In this document: positions 52,122 to 64,000 of the stretch, piece by piece
Layout of the letters: the number at the start of each line of letters is the position of its first letter
How positions within the stretch are numbered: the stretch's first letter is position 1
NCBI RefSeq assembly: GCF_964355755.1
Contig: NC_092675.1
Span: 305,812-369,811, forward strand
Direction of reading: 5' to 3'
DNA from: Antedon mediterranea
Taxonomy: Eukaryota; Animalia; Echinodermata
Length of the DNA stretch: 64,000 nt
Notes under the pieces: model-generated
The model's database searches: none
The model's input: only the letters and a program-made list of their open reading frames with translations
Told to the model about the DNA's origin: nothing
Position numbers and translations under genes: made by a program

Positions 52122-54671
52122 CTGAAAAGAAGGGTAAAAAAAAAACCTAAACTGGCCTACTACTTACTTACGCAACCTGGCCTGCTACTTACGCACGCAA
52201 CCTGGCCTGCTACTTACGCACGCAACCTGGCCTGCTACTTACGCACGCAACCTGGCCTTCTACTTACGCACGCAACCTGGCCTTCTACTTACTTAGGCAA
52301 CCTGGCCTTCTACTTACTTACGCAACCTGGCCTGCTACTTACGCACGCAACCTGGCCTGCTACTTACTCACGCAACCTGGCCTGCTACTTACGCACGCAA
52401 CCTGGCCTGCTACTTACTTACGCAACCTGGCCTTCCACTTACGCACGCAACCTGGCCTGCCACTTACGCACGCAACCTGGCCTGCCACTTACGCACGCAA
52501 CCTGGCTTGCCAGTTACGCACGCAACCTGGCCTGCCACTTACGCACGCAACCTGGCCTGCCACTTACGCAACCTGGCCTGGTACTTACTTACGCAACCTG
52601 GCCTGCTACTTACTTACGCAACCTGGCCTGCTACTTACGCACGCAACCTGGCATGCTACTTACGCACGCAACCTGGCCTGCTACTTACGCACGCAACCTG
52701 GCCTGCCACTTACGCACGCAACCTGGCCTGCCACTTACGCACGCAACCTGGCTTGCTACTTACGCACGCAACCTGGCTTGCTACTTACGCACGCAACCTG
52801 GCCTGCCACTTACGCACGCAACCTGGCCTGCCACTTACGCACGCAACCTGGCCTGCCACTTACGCACGCAACCTGGCCTGCTACTTACGCACGCAACCTG
52901 GCCTGCTACTTACGTACGCAACCTGGCCTGCCACTTACGCACGCAACCTGGCCTGCCACTTACGCACGCAACCTGGCCTGCCACTTACTTACGCAACCTG
53001 GCCTGCCACTTACGCACGCAACCTGGCCTGCCACTTACGCACGCAACCTGGCCTGCCACTTACGCACGCAACCTGGCCTGCCACTTACTTACGCAACCTA
53101 GCCTGCCACTTACTTACGCAACCTGGCCTGCCACTTACGCACGCAACCTGGCCTGCTACTTACGCACGCAACCTGGCCTGCTACTTGCATAACCTGACCT
53201 ACTACTTACGTAAGCAATCTGGCCTGCTACTTACGCAACCTGGCCTACTTACGTACGCAACCTGGCCTACTACTTACGTAACCAGGCCTACTTACATATA
53301 TGTTATGGTAGTAATCCATGTGGTCCATCAGTCACCAGAATCTTATTTGTAGAGGACAAAAGCACACAGGTGAAAAGGTGTAGATCTTCATTCTGGGAAC
53401 TGGAAAAATATACTTCAGGGGAAGGCATAGTTCCTAACATTAACAACAGAATATTCAAACATGATACATTTTCTAAGAATTACATGAAAATGTTTTCACA
53501 ACACAAATACTACGTATTACATTGTGTATTTTAACAGTCCCACATTAAACATTACATGAAATACACAAACCTTTTAAATGGAAATATGTGATAATATTAA
53601 AAATATAGTGACAAAATTGGTTCTTACCCTTGGTATCATGTACGTGTGGTCTCTGTGAGCATCACCCTGTTCTGACGATGTTTCAATGTCCTTACGTTTA
53701 CGCAATTTACACAATTTTATTCTCTTCTTTTATCATCAATACCTCCGCCTACTGTAAAATTCTCCTACATATGAATTCATGAGAAACAAAATACATATAT
53801 ATTTTTGTGTCTCAATGCTGTGTGTGATTAGGCTAATTTCACTACAACCATGTGTATGCAAATTTGGTGTAATGGTTTTGTAACCAGCCTTTCAACTAAC
53901 AATATTTTCAGTTGACTAACAATAGAACAGCAACGCCAAAAACAAACAGGTGAATTTTAAAAGAAATTTTTAAAACTACTTGCATCAAAAAACATGTAAA
54001 TTAAATTTAATCATGTTTTAAAATTACAAATCTCATATTATAAACTCTTGCCTATTGTACAAAAATGAAGTTTTTAGCCCCGGGACGATTCGGCACACAT
54101 AAATTCATCGGCTTTGATATGCGTTTTATAAGCATAAAATAAGCTTTTTTCCCCAAACTTTATTTTCAGAGACACTATGGGGTAGTACTACTAGGGCTAA
54201 AGATGCAATAAAGCAAACATTTTCTAAACATTGTCGAAAGTCATGATTTTTTAGTCATGCGAACGATGTAAACAAGTTACGCCCTTTGTTGCACGAAACA
54301 AAGTTTTCGAAGTAATAATTGAAAATAAAATTAGGTTTTTTTTACCAATTTATTTGATATATTATATAAACATTGTCAATATTAATAAAATATGGATTGT
54401 TAAACACCTCTAAAAATGTAATAAATGTCAACAAAAATGAATATGAATTTGGTCTAAAGTTATACGTTTCGGACCACAAAGTGATCTATCTAGCTATCTA
54501 CGTAGCTTTCTATCATAATTTACCATAAAACGTTTATTTAAGACAAGGAATGACTTGGTTTAATGTTTTTAAAGTATTATATATATTTATTATTTTTACA
54601 AATTGTCACAAATTATAGGAAAATGGTCTTTAAATAAGAAGAAAGGAAATTCTTTAATTAAGTACAGAACT

Positions 54672-54808
54672 AGTACATCTTTCGAGACGAGTAGGGGGTT
54701 ACCCCGGTGTATTAGTACATCACAGCCACTGATCACCAACTGGGCCCTCTGGGAGACCAGTCATTGACTGAAGAGGTTACCCAGTATAAATATATATTTC
54801 AATCAATC
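54672..54808 (+). mobile_element. Same 137-bp insertion, copy 4
   Basis: Same sequence and site as 31005-31141. Confidence 0.8.
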
Positions 54809-54815
54809 AACTTAC

Positions 54816-55140
54816 CAAAGGCAATCCAATACATTGCTTTAACCTGCATTTCTCGCTAATCCTGTTTTGTCCGCCAAATTTCTTCGTATCCCGAGTAAAG
54901 CATTCACAATAATAATTAAAAAAAATTATATTTAATATTCAACTAAAAAGGTAGCCATACATTATGTGGTGTTTGTTAGGGTATTGCTGAACCATGCAAA
55001 TATAAATAAAGTGGACACCTTATGACATAGATTTAATTTGCCTTTAATCTAGTATACTAAAACAATCTACTAACCAAGGAGAAGCCACAATCGTCTTGAC
55101 GTTAGCAAGCATCACAGCATCCGTAGCTACGTTTTGATTA
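54816..55140 (-). pseudogene. CXXC pseudo-exon pair, copy 14
   Basis: Counterpart of copy 7. Confidence 0.88.
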
Positions 55141-57765
55141 CTGAAAAGAAGGGTAAAAAAAAAACATAAACTGGCCTACTACTTACTTACGCAACCTGGC
55201 CTGCTACTTACGCACGCAACCTGGCCTGCTACTTACGCACGCAACCTGGCCTGCTACTTACGCACGCAACCTGGCCTGCTACTTACGCACGCAACCTGGC
55301 CTTCTACTTACGCACGCAACCTGGCCTTCTACTTACGCACGCAACCTGGCCTTCTACTTACGCACGCAACCTGGCCTTCTACTTACTCACGCAACCTGGC
55401 CTGCTACTTACGCACGCAACCTGGCCGGCTACTTACGCACGCAACCTGCCCTGCTACTTACGCACGCAACCTGGCCTGCTACTTACTTACGCAACCTGGC
55501 CTTCCACTTACGCACGCAACCTGGCCTGCCACTTACGCACGCAACCTGGCCTGCCACTTACGCACGCAACCTGGCCTGCCAGTTACGCACGCAACCTGGC
55601 CTGCCACTTACGCACGCAACCTGGCCTGCCACTTACGCAACCTGGACTGGTACTTACTTACGCAACCTGGCCTGCTACTTACTTATGCAACCTGGCCTGC
55701 TACTTACGCACGCAACCTGGCATGCTACTTACGCACGCAACCTGGCATGCTACTTACGCACGCAACCTGGCCTGCTACTTACGCACGCAACCTGGCCTGC
55801 CACTTACGCACGCAACCTGGCCTGCTACTTACGCACGCAACCTGGCTTGCTACTTACGCACGCAAACTGGCCTGCCACTTACGCACGCAACCTGGCCTGC
55901 CACTTACGCACGCAACCTGGCCTGCCACTTACGCACGCAACCTGGCCTGCTACTTACGCACGCAACCTGGCCTGCTACTTATTTACGCAACCTGGCCTGC
56001 TACTTACGTAAGCAATCTGACCTGCTACTTACGCACGCAACCTGGCCTGCCACTTACTTACGCAACCTGGCCTGCCACTTACGCACGCAACCTGGCCTGC
56101 CACTTACGCACGCAACCTGGCCTGCCACTTACGCACGCAACCTGGCCTGCCACTTACTTACGCAACCTGGCCTGCCACTTACTTACGCAACCTGGCCTGC
56201 TACTTACGCACGCAACCTGGCCTGCTACTTACGCACGCAACCTGGCCTGCTACTTGCATAACCTGACCTACTACTTAAGTACGCAACCTGGCCTACTACT
56301 TACGTAAGCAATCTGGCCTGCTACTTACGCAACCTGGCCTACTTACGTACGCAACCTGGCCTACTACTTACGTAACCAGGCCTACTTACATATATGTTAT
56401 GGCATTAATCCATGTGGTCCATCAGCCACCAGAATCTTACTTGTAGAGGACAAAAGCACACAGGTGAAAAGGTGTAGATCTTCATTCTGCGAACTGGACA
56501 AATATACTTCAGGGGAAGGCATAGTTCCTAACATTAACAACAGAATATTTAAACATGATACATTTTCTAAGAATTACATGAAAATGTTTTCACAACACAA
56601 ATACTACGTATTACATTGTGTATTTTAACTAATAACAGTCCCACATTAAACATTACATGAAATACACAAACCTTTTAAATGGAAATATGTGATAATATTA
56701 AAAATATAGTGACAAAATTGGTTCTTACCCTTGGTATCATGTACTTGTGGTCTCTGTGAGCATCACCCTGTTTTGACGATGTTTCACTGTCCTTACGTTT
56801 ACGCAATTTACACAATTTTATTCTCTTCTTTTATCATCAATACCTCCGCCTACTGTAAAATTCTCCTTCATGAGAAACAAAATACATATATATTTTTGTG
56901 TCTCAATGCTGTGTGTGATTAGGCTAATTTCACTACAACCATGTGTATGCAAATTTGGTGTAATGGTTTTGTAACCACCCTTTCAACTAACAATATTTTC
57001 AGTTGACTAACAATAGAACAGCAACGCCAAAAACAAACAGGTGAATTTTAAAAGAAATTTTTAAAACTACTTGCATCAAAAAACATGTAAATTAAATTTA
57101 ATCATGTTTTAAAATTACAAATCACAAATTATAAACTCTTGCCTATTGTACAAAAATGAAGTTTTTAGCCCCGGGACGATTCGGCACACATAAATTCATC
57201 GGCTTTGATATGCGTTTTATAAGCATAAAATAAGCTTTTTTCCCCAAACTTTATTTTCAGAGACACTATGGGGTAGTACTACTAGGGCTAAAGATGCAAT
57301 AAAGCAAACATTTTCTAAACATTGTCGAAAGTCATGATTTTTTAGTCATGCGAACGATGTAAACAAGTTACGCCCTTTGTTGCACGAAACAAAGTTTTCG
57401 AAGTAATAATTGAAAATAAAATTAGGTTTTTTTTACCAATTTATTTGATATATTATATAAACATTGTCAATATTAATAAAATATGGATTGTTAAACACCT
57501 CTAAAAATGTAATAAATGTCAACAAAAATGAATATGAATTTGGTCTAAAGTTATACGTTTCGGACCACAAAGTGATCTATCTAGCTATCTACGTAGCTTT
57601 CTATCATAATTTACCATAAAACGTTTATTTAAGACAAGGAATGACTTGGTTTAATGTTTTTAAAGTATTATATATATTTATTATTTTTACAAATTGTCAC
57701 AAATTATAGGAAAATGGTCTTTAGATAAGAAGTAAATAAATTCCTTAATTAAGTACAGAACTTAC

Positions 57766-58099
57766 CAAAGACAATCCAATACATTGCTTTAACCTGCATT
57801 TCTCGCTAATCCTGTTTTGTCCGCCAAATTTCTTCGTATCCTGAATAAAGCATTAACAATAATAATTTAAACAAATTATATTTAATATTCAACTAAAAAG
57901 GTAGCCATACATTATGTGGTGTTTGTTAGGGTATTGCTGAACTATGCAAATATAAATAAAGTGGACACCTTATGACATAGATTTAATTTGCCATTAATCT
58001 AGTATACTAAAACAATCTACTAACCAAGGAGTAGTCACATTCCCCACAATCGTCTTGACGTTAGCAAGCATCACAGCATCCGTATCTACGTTTTGATTA
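57766..58099 (-). pseudogene. CXXC pseudo-exon pair, copy 15
   Basis: Counterpart of copy 8. Confidence 0.88.
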
Positions 58100-60686
58100 C
58101 TGAAAAGAAGGGTAAAAAAAAAACATAAACTGGCCTACTACTTACTTACGCAACCTGGCCTTCTACTTACTTACGCAACCTGGCCTGCTACTTACGCACG
58201 CAACCTGGCCTGCTACTTACGCACGCAACCTGGCCTGCTACTTACGCACGCAACCTGGCCTGCTACTTACGCACGCAACCTGGCCTGCTACTTACTTAGG
58301 CAACCTGGCCTGCTACTTACTTACGCAACCTGGCCTGCCACTTACTTACGCAACCTGGCCTGCCACTTACTTACGCAACCTGGCCTGCCACTTACTTACG
58401 CAACCTGGCCTGCCACTTACTTACGCAACCTGGCCTGCCACTTACGCACGCAACCTGGCCTGCCACTTACGCACGCAACCTGGCCTGCCACTTACGCACG
58501 CAACCTGGCCTGCCACTTACGCACGCAACCTGGCCTGCCACTTACGCACGCAACCTGGCCTGCCACTTACGCACGCAACCTGGCCTGCCACTTACGCACG
58601 CAACCTGGCCTGCCACTTACTTACGCAACCTGGCCTGCCACTTACGCACGCAACCTGGCCTGCCACTTACGCACGCAACCTGGCCTGCCACTTACGCACG
58701 CAACCTGCCCTGCCACTTACGCACGGACCTGCCCTGCCACTTGCGCACGCAACCTGCCCTGCCACTTACTCACGCAACCTGGCCTGCCACTTACGCACGC
58801 AACCTGGCCTGCCACTTACTTACGCAACCTGGCCTGCTACTTACTCACGCAACCTGGCCTGCTACTTACGCACGCAACCTGGCCTGCTACTTACTCACGC
58901 AACCTGGCCTGCTACTTACGCACGCAACCTGGCCTGCTACTTACGCACGCAACCTGGCTTTCCACTTACTTACGCAACCTGGCCTGCCACTTACGCACGC
59001 AACCTGGCCTGCCACTTACGCACGCAACCTGGCCTGCCACTTACGCACGCAACCTGGCCTGCCACTTACTTACGCAACCTGGCCTGCCACTTACTTACGC
59101 AACCTGGCCTGCTACTTACGCACGCAACCTGGCCTGCTACTTACGCACGCAACCTGGCCTGCTACTTGCATAACCTGACCTACTACTTAAGTACGCAACC
59201 TGGCCTACTACTTACGTAAGCAATCTGGCCTGCTACTTACGCAACCTGGCCTACTTACGTACGCAACCTGGCCTACTACTTACGTAACCAGGCCTACTTA
59301 CATATATGTTATGTTATGGCATTAATCCATGTGGTCCATCAGCCACCAGAATCTTATTTGTAGAGGACAAAAGCACACAGGTGAAAAGGTGTAGATCTTC
59401 ATTCTGGGAACTGGACAAATATACTTCAGGGGAAGGCATAGTTCCTAACATTAACAACAGAATATTTAAACATGATACATTTTCTAAGAATTACATGAAA
59501 ATGTTTTCACAACACAAATACTACGTATTACATTGTGTATTTTAACTAATAACAGTCCCACATTAAACATTACATGAAATACACAAACCTTTTAAATGGA
59601 AATATGTGATAATATTAAAAATATAGTGACAAAATTGGTTCTTACCCTTGGTATCATGTACTTGTGGTCTCTGTGAGCATCACCCTGTTTTGACGATGTT
59701 TCACTGTCCTTACGTTTACGCAATTTACACAATTTTATTCTCTTCTTTTATCATCAATACCTCCGCCTACTGTAAAATTCTCCTTCATGAGAAACAAAAT
59801 ACATATATATTTTTGTGTCTCAATGCTGTGTGTGATTAGGCTAATTTCACTACAACCATGTGTATGCAAATTTGGTGTAATGGTTTTGTAACCACCCTTT
59901 CAACTAACAATATTTTCAGTTGACTAACAATAGAACAGCAACGCCAAAAACAAACAGGTGAATTTTAAAAGAAATTTTTAAAACTACTTGCATCAAAAAA
60001 CATGTAAATTAAATTTAATCATGTTTTAAAATTACAAATCACAAATTATAAACTCTTGCCTATTGTACAAAAATGAAGTTTTTAGCCCCGGGACAATTCG
60101 GCACACATAAATTCATCGGCTTTGATATGCGTTTTATAAGCATAAAAAAAGCTTTTTTCCCCAAACTTTATTTTCAGAGACAGACACTATGGGGTAGTAC
60201 TACTAGGGCTAAAGATGCAATAAAGCAAACATTTTCTAAACATTGTCGAAAGTCATCATTTTTTAGTCATGCGAACGATGTAAACAAGTTACGCCCTTTG
60301 TTGCACGAAACAAAGTTTTCGAAGTAATAATTGAAAATAAAATTTTTTTTTTTTTAGCAATTTATTTGATATATTATATAAACATTGTCAATATTAATAA
60401 AATATGGATTGTTAAACACCTCTAAAAATGTGATAAATGTCAACAAAAATGAATATGAATTTGGTCTAAAGTTATATGTTTCGGACCACAAAGTGATCTA
60501 TCTAGCTATATATGTAGCTTTCTATCATAATTTACCATAAAACGTTTATTTAAGACAAGGAATGACTTGGTTTAATGTTTTTAAAGTATTATATATATTT
60601 ATTATTTTTACAAATTGTCACAAATTATAGGAAAATGGTCTTTAGATAAGAAGTAAATAAATTCCTTAATTAAGTACAGAACTTAC

Positions 60687-61020
60687 CAAAGACAATCCAA
60701 TACATTGCTTTAACCTGCATTTCTCGCTAATCCTGTTTTGTCCGCCAAATTTCTTCGTATCCTGAATAAAGCATTCACAATAATAATTTAAACAAATTAT
60801 ATTTAATATTCAACTAAAAAGGTAGCCATACATTATGTGGTGTTTGTTAGGGTATTGCTGAACTATGCAAATATAAATAAAGTGGACACCTTATGACATA
60901 GATTTAATTTGCCATTAATCTAGTATACTAAAACAATCTACTAACCAAGGAGTAGTCACATTCCCCACAATTGTCTTGACGTTAGCAAGCATCACAGCAT
61001 CCGTATCTACGTTTTGATTA
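60687..61020 (-). pseudogene. CXXC pseudo-exon pair, copy 16
   Basis: Full-length type with a D>N change (ccacaattgtc). Confidence 0.88.
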
Positions 61021-63309
61021 CTGAAAAGAAGGGTAAAAAAAAAAACATGAACTGGCCTACTACTTACTTACGCAACCTGGCCTTCTACTTACTTACGCAA
61101 CCTGGCCTGCTACTTACTTAGGCAACCTGGCCTGCTACTTACTTAGGCAACCTGGCCTGCTACTTACTTAGGCAACCTGGCCTGCTACTTATTTACGCAA
61201 CCTGGCCTGCCACTTACTTACGCAACCTGGCCTGCCACTTACTTACGCAACCTGGCCTGCCACTTACTCACGCAACCTGGCCTGCTACTTACGTACGCAA
61301 CCTGGCCTGCTACTTACGCACGCAACCTGGCCTGCCACTTACGCACGCAACCTGGCCTGCCACTTACGCACGCAACCTGGCCTGCCACTTACGCACGCAA
61401 CCTGGCCTGCCACTTACGCACGCAACCTGGCCTGCTACTTACTCACGCAACCTGGCCTGCTACTTACGCACGCAACCTGGCCTGCTACTTACGCACGCAA
61501 CCTGGCTTTCCACTTACTTACGCAACCTGGCCTGCCACTTACGCACGCAACCTGGCCTGCCACTTACGCACGCAACGTGGCCTGCCACTTACGCACGCAA
61601 CCTGGCCTGCCACTTACGCACGCAACCTGGCCTGCCACTTACGCACGCAACCTGGCCTGCCACTTACTTACGCAACCTGGCCTGCCACTTACTTACGCAA
61701 CCTGGCCTGCTACTTACGCACGCAACCTGGCCTGCTACTTACGCACGCAACCTGGCCTGCTACTTACGCACGCAACCTGGCCTGCTACTTGCATAACCTG
61801 ACCTACTACTTAAGTACGCAACCTGGCCTACTACTTACGTAAGCAATCTGGCCTGCTACTTACGCAACCTGGCCTACTTACGTACGCAACCTGGCCTACT
61901 ACTTACGTAACCAGGCCTACTTACATATATGTTATGTTATGGCATTAATCCATGTGGTCCATCAGCCACCAGAATCTTATTTGTAGAGGACAAAAGCACA
62001 CAGGTGAAAAGGTGTAGATCTTCATTCTGGGAACTGGACAAATATACTTCAGGGGAAGGCATAGTTCCTAACATTAACAACAGAATATTTAAACATGATA
62101 CATTTTCTAAGAATTACATGAAAATGTTTTCACAACAAAAATACTACGTATTACATTGTGTATTTTAACTAATAACAGTCCCACATTAAACATTACATGA
62201 AATACACAAACCTTTTAAATGGAAATATGTGATAATATTAAAAATATAGTGACAAAATTGGTTCTTACCCTTGGTATCATGTACTTGTGGTCTCTGTGAG
62301 CATCACCCTGTTTTGACGATGTTTCACTGTCCTTACGTTTACACAATTTACACAATTTTATTCTCTTCTTTTATCATCAATACCTCCGCCTACTGTAAAA
62401 TTCTCCTTCATGAGAAACAAAATACATATATATTTTTGTGTCTCAATGCTGTGTGTGATTAGGCTAATTTCACTACAACCATGTGTATGCAAATTTGGTG
62501 TAATGGTTTTGTAACCAGCCTTTCAACTAACAATATTTTCAGTTGACTAACAATAGAACAGCAACGCCAAAAACAAACAGGTGAATTTTAAAAGAAATTT
62601 TTAAAACTACTTGCATCAAAAAACATGTAAATTAAATTTAATCATGTTTTAAAATTACAAATCACAAATTATAAACTCTTGCCTATTGTACAAAAATGAA
62701 GTTTTTAGCCCCGGGACAATTCGGCACACATAAATTCATCGGCTTTGATATGCGTTTTATAAGCATAAAATAAGCTTTTTTCCCCAAACTTTATTTTCAG
62801 AGACAGACACTATGGGGTAGTACTACTAGGGCTAAAGATGCAATAAAGCAAACATTTTCTAAACATTGTCGAAAGTCATCATTTTTTAGTCATGCGAACG
62901 ATGTAAACAAGTTACGCCCTTTGTTGCACGAAACAAAGTTTTCGAAGTAATAATTGAAAATAAAATTTTTTTTTTTTTAGCAATTTATTTGATATATTAT
63001 ATAAACATTGTCAATATTAATAAAATATGGATTGTTAAACACCTCTAAAAATGTGATAAATGTCAACAAAAATGAATATGAATTTGGTCTAAAGTTATAT
63101 GTTTCGGACCACAAAGTGATCTATCTAGCTATATATGTAGCTTTCTATCATAATTTACCATAAAACGTTTATTTAAGACAAGGAATGACTTGGTTTAATG
63201 TTTTTAAAGTATTATATATATTTATTATTTTTACAAATTGTCACAAATTATAGGAAAATGGTCTTTAGATAAGAAGTAAATAAATTCCTTAATTAAGTAC
63301 AGAACTTAC

Positions 63310-63643
63310 CAAAGACAATCCAATACATTGCTTTAACCTGCATTTCTCGCTAATCCTGTTTTGTCCGCCAAATTTCTTCGTATCCTGAATAAAGCATTCA
63401 CAATAATAATTTAAACAAATTATATTTAATATTCAACTAAAAAGGTAGCCATACATTATGTGGTGTTTGTTAGGGTATTGCTGAACTATGCAAATATAAA
63501 TAAAGTGGACACCTTATGACATAGATTTAATTTGCCATTAATCTAGTATACTAAAACAATCTACTAACCAAGGAGTAGTCACATTCCCCACAATCGTCTT
63601 GACGTTAGCAAGCATCACAGCATCCGTATCTACGTTTTGATTA
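63310..63643 (-). pseudogene. CXXC pseudo-exon pair, copy 17
   Basis: Full-length type. Confidence 0.88.
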
Positions 63644-64000
63644 CTGAAAAGAAGGGTAAAAAAAAAAACATAAACTGGCCTACTACTTACTTACGCAACC
63701 TGGCCTTCTACTTACTTACGCAACCTGGCCTGCTACTTACTTAGGCAACCTGGCCTGCTACTTACTTAGGCAACCTGGCCTGCTACTTACTTACGCAACC
63801 TGGCCTGCTACTTACTTACGCAACCTGGCCTGCCACTTACTTACGCAACCTGGCCTGCCACTTACTCACGCAACCTGGCCTGCCACTTACGCACGCAACC
63901 TGGCCTGCTACTTTCGCACGCAACCTGGCCTGCTACTTACGCACGCAACCTGGCCTGCCACTTACGCACGCAACCTGGCCTGCCACTTACGCACGCAACC

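Larger units (their letters stand above)
18917..60158. repeat. Higher-order repeat: 7-unit block present twice (18917-39560 and 39561-60158)
   Basis: Unit lengths 2477/2772/3116/3202/3069/3091/2917 versus 2477/2771/3121/3202/3019/3091/2917; ORF-track entries recur at offsets of 20598-20648. Confidence 0.95.
15925..64000 (-). repeat. Macrosatellite: 16 complete + 1 partial head-to-tail units of 2.5-3.2 kb, each a spliced-gene fragment with CXXC exons and a minisatellite intron
   Basis: The marker ccccaaacttta(t/a)tttcagagac occurs at 15925, 18917, 21394, 24166, 27282, 30484, 33553, 36644, 39561, 42038, 44809, 47930, 51132, 54151, 57242, 60159 and 62782. Confidence 0.97.

Noticed and set aside
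17097-61801. Long THATWPATYARNLACHLRTQPG ORFs as protein-coding genes
   Set aside because: They are translations of a largely stop-free 25-mer that gives the same peptide in all frames; starts are sporadic variants and the splice signals lie on the opposite strand.
16815-64000. 25-bp repeats as CRISPR arrays
   Set aside because: Monomers are head-to-tail with no unique spacers, there are no cas genes, and the context is spliceosomal and eukaryotic.

Overview
AT-rich, intron-containing animal genomic DNA; the HYR, F-type lectin and EGF exons suggest a marine invertebrate such as an echinoderm (inference). It is not prokaryotic and has no CRISPR array. Bases 1-15.9 kb hold a frameshifted Rex1/Babar-type LINE, a 157-bp tandem repeat, and an internally deleted Academ-like DNA transposon. 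They also hold minus-strand exons for two membrane-protein modules: an F-type lectin domain + 6 HYR domains + TM (3.6-13.2 kb), and 3 near-identical EGF exons + TM + short tail (14.2-15.8 kb). At about 15,925 a fourth EGF exon is cut off by a nested tandem array that fills the rest of the window. The array has 16 complete and 1 partial 2.5-3.2 kb units, and units 2-8 are duplicated as a 20.6-kb higher-order repeat. Each unit is a minus-strand spliced-gene fragment that the ORF track misses. It contains two 75-bp phase-0 exons encoding a decayed KFGG-type CXXC zinc finger (CFP1/MBD1-like), preceded by an intron made almost entirely of a CpG-rich 25-bp minisatellite whose monomer carries the splice donor GTAAGT. 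The long 'THATWPATYARNLA' ORFs are by-products of this minisatellite. All coordinates and translations were read by hand; no database searches were run.
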